Source: Octopus bimaculoides
Taxonomy: Eukaryota
Assembly (NCBI RefSeq): GCF_001194135.2
Contig: NC_068982.1
Location: 990,618 to 1,052,286 of the forward strand
Direction: 5' to 3'
DNA: 61,669 nt
Part shown: positions 52,683 through 61,669 of the stretch, one piece after another
Position numbering within the stretch: the stretch's first letter is position 1
Layout of the letters: every line of letters starts with the position of its first letter
Program-made: the position numbers and the translations under genes
Notes under the pieces: model-generated
Database searches by the model: none
Seen by the model: only the letters and a program-made list of their open reading frames with translations
Told to the model about the DNA's origin: nothing

Positions 52683-52848
52683 CCGGAGTAAGCACATAAA
52701 TGTGCAACACGGTGGAAAAAAGAGTACTCAAATACCAGAAGTAGAGTGATATGCTTTATTTTAAAGCAGCAGAAACTAACTAAACTGTCCGATGAACGAG
52801 AACGTGAAACTCTGAGTAACAGTTTCTTGTTATATTTCTGCTGCTTTT
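52681..52848 (+). mobile_element. Putative Penelope-like pseudo-LTR fragment with an inverted junction, carrying a hammerhead
   Basis: The hammerhead is followed by TTTCTGCTGCTTT; the same 13-mer occurs inverted at 52763-52775 and continues on the minus strand into AAATAAAGCATATC. The PLE assignment is inferred from the ribozyme architecture. Confidence 0.5.
52782..52825 (+). ncRNA. Minimal type I hammerhead ribozyme (U4C variant)
   Basis: AAACUGU [helix I] CCGAUGA [core] ACG agaa CGU [helix II] GAAA CUC u GAG UA^ [helix III, GUA triplet] ACAGUUU [helix I', 7 bp perfect]. Confidence 0.75.
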
Positions 52849-52850
52849 AG

Positions 52851-53045
52851 AACGCCGGGCGAAAAGCTCAGTGGTATTTCGTCTTTCTTTACGTTCTGTG
52901 TTCAAATTCCGCCGTGTTCGACTTTGTCTTTCATCCTTTCGGGGTCGATAGATTAAGTACCAGTGAAACACTGGGAACGATGTAATCGACTACTATGCTC
53001 ACCTAAAATTTCAGGCCTTGTGCCTTTAGAAGAAAGAATTATTAT
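52851..53045 (+). mobile_element. SINE family A, 5'-truncated
   Basis: ACGCCGGGCGAAA...GTTCAAATTCCGCCG...TTTCATCCTTTCGGGGTCGAT...GAATTATTATTA tail. Confidence 0.85.
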
Positions 53046-53046
53046 T

Positions 53047-53625
53047 AGTGAGTGAGAGAGCAGTGCGTGCCATCAGAGTGACACTGGGTTGAAGTATCTA
53101 AGGCCCAGTATGCCCATCATGACTACCTGTCTGATAAGGGTACACCAAGCACAAGCATCAGAACCATATGTGCACGACATGGTGATCTCATATCAAGATA
53201 AACAGCGCGTAACCTCGTAGGTGGGACCCAGTTAGAATTTTCTTCTGGTCGAGTAGCCCATCCTTCTCAAAAGGCCCCTGAATAAGAGTTGTTTAAGGAC
53301 GTTGAACGAAACACCCATGGTTCCAAAGGCGAATTATCCAAACCTCAAAGAATTCCTCCCAACAGCACATAGCTATGATGCTCCCCCACTACTTCTGCTC
53401 ATGATCGGAGATGCACATATCATCAGCCAGTAAAGAACATGCTCAACTAGTTAAGGTCAAACAACCAGCAAGCAAATCTGTGGTATTGAGCAGAATCTTT
53501 GCTGTAGCCCATCTTTTATACCAAAACAAAACAATGTCCATGATGACACTTCCAATCCGTTAAGACCAAAAGACATGAGAGCCACTGCCTGGTACTGCAT
53601 CAGGGCATTTATCATCATCATCATC
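53047..53625 (-). mobile_element. About 570-bp non-coding interspersed element, (ATT)n at one end and (ATC)n at the other
   Basis: Homologous to 58076-58455 and, in reverse, to 60478-60751; starts GAGAGAGCAGTGC..GCCATCA.AGTGACACT next to (ATT)n. Confidence 0.85.
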
Positions 53626-54327
53626 ATTATATAATTTTTTAACATTTAGTAGTTTGAGGCAAACTTCTACTGCACCACCAGCTACACCTCCGTGTAGCAG
53701 GGGTGTGTGCAGCATTGTGTGTTCTTTTCTGTTGTTGGGAGTGCACAAACTCTTCCCCGTATTGTGTAAGTTTTTTCCTCTTAGGGTGTGGTGCGGTCTT
53801 TTGTTTTATTACTGCTTGTATTGCGTGTTTGAGTGTGTAATCCGTTGGTTTTCTAGGTTGCTGGTGGAAGTTTATTTCACTGGGTAATTGCAGAATAAAG
53901 CGTGTCTTGTGTTTGTGGATTGTTTTGTTTAGATTGTATTATTAGATTGATAGTGTTTATGTTTATCATTATTATTATTATTATTATTATTGTTATTATT
54001 ATTATTATTACTATTTGGATCTTATTTACAAATTCATACTCAAGAATAGTGTGTAAACTTGTTGCTTTTCTTTTCTTTTTTTGTCTTTTTCGAGGCATAT
54101 TAATATCAATTTCCTTGGTGCATTTTCTAGCAGGGACCCAAGAGAATTGGTTGGTTCCTTTATTTCTTGTCGCTTTGGGACGAAACTTGCTTTGGAAAAA
54201 ATTGATATTTCATAACTTTTTTCAGAACAATAAACATGGCGTCAATTTTGAAAGCCAATCAGCAAGGAAGTTTTAAAGGAGTGCCTTTTGCTCAATTCCT
54301 GCTTTTCAATGGAAATGGTCTTTTTAG

Positions 54328-54577
54328 ATTGTTGTCTGTTGGGGATAGTAGCAGTAACGATATTAAAACCGAGCCGAACCACAACATCAAAACATCAAAC
54401 AACGACATAACGAGCAAATCCGCTCTGAACAACAGCAGCAGTGGCATTAATATGAGCAGCAGCAGAAGCAGCAGCAGCTACTCCACCACCACCAACAACA
54501 ACTCACTTATGAGCGACCAATCTTTTACTCTGAGACAATCACTGTCTCCTTCATACACAAAGAAGTACAGACAGTAG
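54328..54577 (+). CDS. Candidate low-complexity S/N/T-rich coding exon (unassigned)
   Basis: TCTTTTTAG acceptor-like site at 54326-54327; open frame LLSVGDSSSNDIKTEPNHN...SPSYTKKYRQ* with an IKTE SUMO-consensus motif. It could equally be a decayed AAC/AGC microsatellite. Confidence 0.3.
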
Positions 54578-54603
54578 CAAGACAAGAAATAATGATAGTG
54601 ATG

Positions 54604-54659
<56 letters not shown>

Positions 54660-55310
54660 GAATAAGAATAAAACAGCCACGCAAGTCTTGTAGCGGCTAC
54701 AAACTACGTAAGCGCTGAAAACAGCATCATCAGCAGCAGTACTAACAGCAGAGATGGAGCCAATGAATTCCAAAAAACTAATGAAGCGAATGAAAAAAAC
54801 TTCGGTGCCATCCCCGATTTTATTGACTTATTGCCGGAAGGCACCATTTCTTTATGACTGAATGGAACGGAAGACTAAGATGTCAAAAATATTGCGCTTC
54901 AAATTATTTGGTAGATTTTTTTCCCCAGCAAAAACTGAACGAATGTCTAAAAGTGTCTACTACAGACGACATCTGAAAAGGCATTAATAACACCAACGGC
55001 GAAATGGAACCACAACCGTGATAAAAACAGCAGGAACGTCTACAAAAGCGGCTATAACAACAAAAGCAGAGCCAACAACAGCACCAGGAAAAGACAAAAC
55101 ATCGAAATAACACAAAGTAGCCAAACTCAAAAGAGGTAGAACTACAACCAGAAACTGAGGAGAACAACAACAGCAAGAATCCCTATGACAACATCAGTTG
55201 AAGAAACACACACACAGACGCACAGAGACGCGCGCGCGAATAATAAAATTGACGGACACCAAGAGGATATGCATAAGGAATGTATTAGCTTGATGCTGAG
55301 GGAAAAGTGA

Positions 55311-55350
55311 GAGTGTGACGTTTCGAACATCGCTCTTCGTCGGAATGAAG
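55311..55350 (-). ncRNA. Degenerate minimal hammerhead-like motif (U4C)
   Basis: Minus strand: U CCGACGA A GAGC gau GUUC GAAA C GUC^ A; palindromic ACGU helix III; helix I is only 1 bp. Confidence 0.45.
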
Positions 55351-55366
55351 AAAAGAAAAAGTCCAA

Positions 55367-55404
<38 letters not shown>

Positions 55405-55407
<3 letters not shown>

Positions 55408-55592
55408 CGTCCTCCACCATCTTTTGATACAGTGCTGCTTACGTCCTCGTAACTTAGCGGTTTGGCAAAAGATCCCCGATAGAATAAGTACCAGGCATAA
55501 ACAGAATAAGTACTGGAGTAGATTCATTCGTCTAAAGGTTCTTCTAGGCAGCACTGCCCCAGCATGGCCACAGTCTAATGCTTAAAATAAGT
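55405..55592 (+). mobile_element. SINE family B, 3' half
   Basis: TACGTCCTCGTAACTTAGCGGTTTGGCAAAAG...GATAGAATAAGTACCAGG...CCCCAGCATGGCCACAG. Confidence 0.85.
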
Positions 55593-55835
55593 AAAACATA
55601 AACGATAAATAAAAACAAGCAATCGGGCAGAGACCAACTTTATCATCTTGTATTTTATTCCGTGTAAACACCGGCGTATTTTTACTTATTTTGACTTCGC
55701 CCATTACATATATTGGATAACATCATTCACCTCAATCCCGGATTTTTTCTTTTTTTTTTTCTTGCAGTAACTTGTGTACACCTCTCACACGTGTTTGTAA
55801 GTTGAGATAATGAAAAGATTATTATTATTATTATT

Positions 55836-56692
55836 GACGTTGCACAGTATACAATATCGTGAGGTTGTAAATATTGTATCTACTGGAGGGGGTGGTGTAC
55901 TGTTTGACAAGTCACAACAAGGACCTCAAACAAACAGTACTTTACGCAATATGTGTCCAGTTCCAAGTAATGCCGAGTTTTACAATACACCAAGATTGTA
56001 GGGTATTTCTAAAGTTTCCAGATGTTTTTTCAGATTGGGTGGTATTGAACCCAATGCTCCGACGACAATAAGGATAACCTTTATGTTCAACTCTCGTAGC
56101 TGCCACATTTTGGCGATCTCAATCCTCAGGTCTCCATATTTATCAGTTTTTTCTCTTTCTCTCATCATGAGATGTTGATCTCCTGGCCCTGCCATGTCGA
56201 TTATTAGACACTCTTCTTTGTCCCTCCTAAAGGTTACCATATCCAGCCTTCGGTGCTCTAACACTTTGTCTGTCTGGAAATCAAAGTCCCAGAGGATTTT
56301 TTCCTTCCCCTTTTTGTCCATTACCTTTTCCGCTGTGTGTTGGTACCAAGCACCCGTAACCTCATATCCATGCTTACGGCAATCAGTGGAGGTTTGGGGC
56401 TACCCTGTCGTGTCTACGCGTGTACTCTTTCTGCGCAAGACTTTCACAACCACTAACAATGTGAGTCACACTTTCGACCATCTTCCCACACATTCTGCAC
56501 AGGTCCGATGCACTTGTGTGGTATATATTATTTTTTACTTACGTCATTCTTCTGGAGTCACTTCCATGATGCTTTCTGGTCTTTTAATTCGTTGGTTTCA
56601 CGGTGGAACTGACCATGTAATTCCATACGGAGTAGGGTTTCTTCTCTCTCGTTGGCTGTTCTTGTTCGGAATTCATGAGCACTCACAAGTCA
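55836..56692 (-). mobile_element. R4/Dong-clade non-LTR retrotransposon, 5'-truncated (CCHC knuckle + restriction-like endonuclease + 3' UTR)
   Basis: MELHGQFHRET; CRMCGKMVESVTHIVSGC; EYTRRHDRVA; KILWDFDFQTDKVLEHRRLDMV; IIDMAGPGD; EKTDKYGDL; IVVGALGSIP. Flanked by (ATT)n at 55818-55835 and 56695-56758. Confidence 0.9.
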
Positions 56693-56759
<67 letters not shown>

Positions 56760-56924
56760 TTTCATTAGCATCTTCTTTCAATTCTGTTTCTATTTCTAGC
56801 AGAGTGTCTTCCTGACGCCCAGGGCACAGAAACGTACTGTATACATTGGTATGCCATTAAAACAAGCACGCCAGATCGTTCATTTACACAGTCATATGAT
56901 AGAGAAAAGGGGAAAGACATATTT

Positions 56925-57560
56925 TCTGAGCTTATCAAATTCTTTTACCGAGATATTATGCTCACAGGGTATGCTTGCTTTTGTCTTTCACAATAACATC
57001 TGGTTTATTTGCCTTGATGGTCCGATCTGTACATATTGGGAAGTCCCAAAGCACAGTTACATTTCCTCCCTCAGTTACAGACTCAGGGTAGCGCTTGTAC
57101 CTTTGTCTGCAGTCTTGATTTTATAATGCCGACACACTATTCAAAGTAGATATTGGCCAACTCTGTCATATTTTGATTTGTACTCTACAGGTGCTAAAAC
57201 CTTACATCCAGAGATTGTGTGGTCCCGTTTCTATCCCATCGTTGCAGTATCGGCAATTTGGTTCTACACCATTTTTCATCACGTTGGCTTGATAGTTCCG
57301 TATCAACAAGCTCTGATTTTGGGCAGCCAAGATAAAGCCTTCACTCTCTGCTTTTAGCCCTGAGATCCGTAGCCACTGATGGGTGTGCTTCTGGTCTACA
57401 TCAGCTTGTTTGCTATGGGCCACATATTTGCCATGCAGAGGTTTTTGTTCCCATCTATCAGCCAACTGTTCAAGCGCATTTTGCTTTGCTATTAAGTTCA
57501 CCTTTTTGCAACTACAGTTGCTGCACTTCCATCATGCTGTTCAACCTGGGTATTATGCAT
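56925..57560 (-). mobile_element. Second R4/Dong-clade fragment (different subfamily)
   Basis: RWEQKPLHGKY...HQWLRISGLKAESEGFILAAQNQSL..RNYQ...CRYC...(frameshift)ISGCKVLAPVEY...VLWDFPICTDRTIKANKPDV...ISVKEFDKLRKY. Confidence 0.9.
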
Positions 57561-57759
57561 AAACTCACTTTTCAACGAGCTTTAGCATTCAGTCGTTAGC
57601 TGTTTCAAGATATTTTACCAGTCCAAGCAATTATTATTAAGAGAGCATTATATGCTACATTATTAAACAGAGCTATTATTTTGAGGTTGGGTGACAAAAT
57701 GTCTCTTCAAATCCCAAAATCTTTCGTAGGATTCTTTCAAATTATAGGATATTACTTCT

Positions 57760-57975
57760 CTGCAGGTTGACAATGTTTCTCACTTCCAGTATTCGTTAGT
57801 TTATTTGTGCCAAGTGCACCGGTAATCACAGGAACAATTATAACCTTTGCTTTCCACAATATTTCTCTCCTACTAGTTATGTTTTCATATTTCTAAATTT
57901 TCTCCATTATTTTGCGCTGTTATTTTTTTGTCTTCTATAATTAGGTCTGGTTTCCTTGCTTCAATGGCATACTTC
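57760..57975 (-). mobile_element. Third R4-type endonuclease fragment
   Basis: AIEARKPDLIIEDKK and LWKAKVIIVPVITGALGT. Confidence 0.7.
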
Positions 57976-58042
57976 GGCGAGCTGGCATAATCGTTAGCTA
58001 GACGCCCCACTCCAAAATTTTAGGAGTTCTGCCTATAGAAAA

Positions 58043-58075
<33 letters not shown>

Positions 58076-58076
<1 letters not shown>

Positions 58077-58455
58077 GAGAGAGCGGTGCATACCATCAAA
58101 GTGACACTTGGGTACAAATATGCGAAACCCAATATACCCGCCGTGACTACTTGTCTGATAAGAGTACACCAGGCATTACAACCATATGTGCACGACATGG
58201 TGATCTCACATCAAGATTAACAGCGCATGACTTTGCAAGTGAGGCCCAGTTAGAATTTTCATCAGGTCAAGTAGCACATCTCTCTCAAAAGTCCCCTGAA
58301 TGAAGGTTGCTTAAGGATGTTGAACGAAACACCCATGTTTCCAGAGGTGAATTATCCAAACCTCAAAGAGTTCCTCTCAACACATGGATTTGATTATCCC
58401 TCATTACTCCTGCTCATGATCAGAGATGCACATATCATCAGCCACCAAGGGACAT
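58076..58455 (-). mobile_element. Second, truncated copy of the 570-bp non-coding element, after (ATT)n
   Basis: Aligns by eye to 53050-53440; preceded by (ATT)n at 58047-58075. Confidence 0.85.
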
Positions 58456-58479
58456 TGAAGGAGTTGTGGGGACCTGAGG

Positions 58480-58670
58480 TACCTCCTCCATAAGACCCAA
58501 TCAGAAGCAACCGTTATAACACTTTTCCGCTGGATTCCTAAGTGCAGCCAGCTGCGTCTATGTGTATTATCCAACTATCTTGTTTTTCATCTATCCTTGG
58601 ATCTCCTGTCGGACGGCAATTTTCCTTCAGACATTTTAATCTCATGTCGAGTCGAGCTTATTATTTCTTA
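58480..58670 (-). mobile_element. RTE-clade LINE 3' fragment
   Basis: Minus strand: EGKLPSDRRSKDR*KTR*LDN...VASDWVLWRR resembles EG....R..GR...RW.D / A.DR..WR. Confidence 0.55.
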
Positions 58671-59623
58671 GTCTTTTTTAATCCAGAATCGATGACATAA
58701 AACATAAAACGCTAAACTTGGTGACTTCAATCGACTAATACCATTTATTTATGAACATTGTGACTAAAGAAAGCACAGGTATTTTAATAATATATGACGT
58801 AATGTGTATGGCAGCTATTGACTGATGTCAGCTTCCTTCATCTACTTTATTGATGCTCTTTGAAAGTATACCAATGTCTCCATGTCCAGTTACTGCCCAC
58901 TTTTAATGTCCATTAGTTTGTTGAAGCAATTTAATTTCTTCGGAGTTATATCTGGACAACCCCCTTCCTATTTCCATTAATACAAAGGTTAATGTGGCCC
59001 CTGTACCGAAACAAATATTGAGTTATCTTTCTGGCACAGTAACCAAATGAATACTAAAATTTCAGATTTGAGCTCCCTTCTCGCTAGAATGTAAATCGGT
59101 AATTGTATGATTGTGTGAGTATATTTGGGAGGGAGAGGGAGAGAATAAAAGGAGAGAGAGAGAGAAAGTGAAAGAGAGGAGAGCGGTGAGACGAAGGAAT
59201 AGAAGATTTTTCAACTTGCAGAAAATATTTTCCAAGATTTGAGTAGTTATTAAACCATCTTAAATTGTCAAAATAAATCTGTTGTAATTCTTCACCCGAT
59301 CTTCACTGTGGAAATGTTACTTGAATTGTAAAAGAAGAATGTTTCTGTCATACTCATTCCACTCTAAACCTTTGATGTGAACTTCGCACTGCAAACAATT
59401 AAGACTTGTCAGTAGTTATAATAGTTATATTAACTAGTAACTGACTAAATACTACTTGCTTACAGCTTACACGTACTCTGAGATTTGATACGTAGTAAAT
59501 GTATTCATACACACACACACACACATATATATATATATCGATTTGGGATTTAATTTGCAAGATTCTTTATGTGAGTTTGTGTGTTGAAGCATATTCTGTT
59601 GTGTCTGGGGAGAGTCATTCTCT

Positions 59624-59791
59624 TTAGATGTCTTATAATTTAACAGACTCACTGGTAAAATGTCCACTTCTTTCCTTCTTTCCTTCAAAACTATTGAAAA
59701 GGTTGCAAGGAGCAACGAAGATTTTAGAAAAACAAAGAAGGAAATGAGTGGAAATTTTACCGGTGAGTCTGTTAGATTATAAGACATCTAA
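59624..59791. repeat. Inverted repeat, 55-bp arms (50/55 identical), 58-nt spacer
   Basis: 59624-59678 vs the reverse complement of 59737-59791; the right arm runs into a gap. Confidence 0.85.
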
Positions 59792-60146
59792 NNNNNNNNN
59801 NNNNNNNNNNNNNNNNNNNNNNNNNNNNNNNNNNNNNNNNNNNNNNNNNNNNNNNNNNNNNNNNNNNNNNNNNNNNNNNNNNNNNNNNNNNNNNNNNNNN
59901 NNNNNNNNNNNNNNNNNNNNNNNNNNNNNNNNNNNNNNNNNNNNNNNNNNNNNNNNNNNNNNNNNNNNNNNNNNNNNNNNNNNNNNNNNNNNNNNNNNNN
60001 NNNNNNNNNNNNNNNNNNNNNNNNNNNNNNNNNNNNNNNNNNNNNNNNNNNNNNNNNNNNNNNNNNNNNNNNNNNNNNNNNNNNNNNNNNNNNNNNNNNN
60101 NNNNNNNNNNNNNNNNNNNNNNNNNNNNNNNNNNNNNNNNNNNNNN

Positions 60147-60273
60147 TCAACATTTGAATTTAATTTGCCAAAATATTTTCGTCGCTTTGAGGCAGAGCAC
60201 GGAATTTTGTCAGTGAACGGGTCGTTGTCTCAAAACGACGAAAAGATTTTGGCAAATTAAATTTAAATGTTGA
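60147..60273. repeat. Inverted repeat, 48-bp arms (44/48 identical), 31-nt spacer
   Basis: 60147-60194 vs the reverse complement of 60226-60273; the left arm starts at the gap edge. Confidence 0.85.
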
Positions 60274-60396
60274 AGTGAATCTAACAGGTTTTGTGTGTTT
60301 CTTAAATGGCTCGTAAACACTTTCCACGCTGCAATTGTTTTTGCTCCAGCACACGATCTTAGATCAGGTCACTTGCTATGCAAGTACATCTCCGTA

Positions 60397-60440
<44 letters not shown>

Positions 60441-60477
60441 ACACACACACACATAATTCTTTAGGATTTAGATAATT

Positions 60478-60751
60478 CGTTTCTGAAAACATATGTGTTT
60501 CGTTCAACATTCTTAAACAGCCCTTATTCAGGGGCATTTTGAGCGGGATGGGCTACTGGGCCTGAAGTAAATTGTAACTGGACCCCACCTGCAAGGTCAT
60601 GCGCTATTTATCTTGATATGAAATCACCATGTCAGAACATATAGTTGTGATGCATGTGCCTAGTGTACTCTTATCAGACGGGTAGTCATGATGGGCATAC
60701 TGGCTTCGTATATTTTACCCCAGTGTCACTTTGATGGCATGCTCTGCTCTC
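60478..60751 (+). mobile_element. Third copy (opposite orientation) of the 570-bp non-coding element
   Basis: Ends CCCAGTGTCACTTTGATGGCATGCTCTGCTCTC at a gap; reverse complement of 53050-53330. Confidence 0.85.
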
Positions 60752-61009
60752 NNNNNNNNNNNNNNNNNNNNNNNNNNNNNNNNNNNNNNNNNNNNNNNNN
60801 NNNNNNNNNNNNNNNNNNNNNNNNNNNNNNNNNNNNNNNNNNNNNNNNNNNCGCGCACACACACATACGCATGCACGCGCGCGCACATACACATCCATAT
60901 ATATACAGTAATTAAGCCGTGCCATTTTTTATACGTGTGTGTATGTGTTTTTGTGTGTGTCTAAGCAAGAATAATTTATGACCGTTGTTGCACGAACCTA
61001 GAATAACAT

Positions 61010-61064
61010 TACTGCTCTCTCTCTCCCCCGCTCTCTCTCTCCCCCTCTCTATCTCTCTCGCCCC

Positions 61065-61095
<31 letters not shown>
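61010..61095 (+). repeat. Polypyrimidine (CT-rich) tract
   Basis: Directly visible. Confidence 0.9.
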
Positions 61096-61669
61096 CTAAG
61101 TCAATAATTCTCCGACGTAGTCAATTTTATTCATGATTTATCGCCGCGTTTAAGGATTTAATCCTCCATTGATGATATAGGTCATAAAAATTTCCCTTTT
61201 CCGTTGTATAACTGTCATTATTGCTTTTCATTTGCTTTAAGCATTCTTAATTCGGTGACAGTGGTGTGATGTAGACGACGAAGATTTAGTGTAATTAGTT
61301 TTATCTGTCGCAAAGAGTTTAATAGCTGTATAGGTTGGCACAAACTGGGATGACTAAATGTAATAGCCGTCAGCGGAAATGTATAACTTCCAACTGTTTT
61401 GATAGCTTCCAATACCGAGTTCAGATTTACCAATCAGTGCGGGCCACAGTTGAAGCACTAAGCAATAACTCTGCTTTACATTTAGCTCGTTAAAACATTA
61501 ATATTATAATTAATTTGGTAGTTCAGTATCAATATTTCAAATGATGTAGGAAGCGATTTGGCTTGTCTTTTGTTTGAAGTACGACAGACGAATTTGCTTG
61601 ATCTAATACAATGCACAATTTTCCTAGTTTTGTATTTTATCAAAGGAAATCTATGGAAATTTTGGGAAC

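Noticed and set aside
54900-55200. T/K/A/Q-rich frames and YYRRHLKRH resembling a zinc-finger end
   Set aside because: No cysteine pair and frequent stops; consistent with a decayed AAC/AGC simple repeat.
56810-56845. CTGACG...GAAACGTA
   Set aside because: A9 is missing and there is no helix I complementarity.

Overview
AT-rich, microsatellite-dense animal genomic DNA from a gapped draft assembly (18 N-gaps, most flanked by (TA)n/(CA)n). The SINE families and repeat landscape resemble coleoid cephalopod (Octopus-like) genomes; this is recognition/inference, not a database result. I found no intact host gene, rRNA, tRNA gene or CRISPR array, and nearly all ORFs in the track are microsatellite or gap artefacts. 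The window is intergenic or intronic and is filled with decayed mobile elements: three tRNA-derived SINE families, RTE, CR1/L2-type and R4/Dong-type LINE fragments, a Penelope-like GIY-YIG endonuclease remnant, several IS630-Tc1-mariner/pogo relics, a hAT end and a Helentron-type non-autonomous element. The best finding is a well-formed minimal type I hammerhead ribozyme motif at 52782-52825 (+) with a C at core position 4, plus three degenerate hammerhead-like motifs. Also notable are R4/Dong copies and a non-coding element tied to (TAA)n, several long fold-back structures, a disrupted Myb/SANT-like (trihelix) ORF, and a possible low-complexity coding exon.
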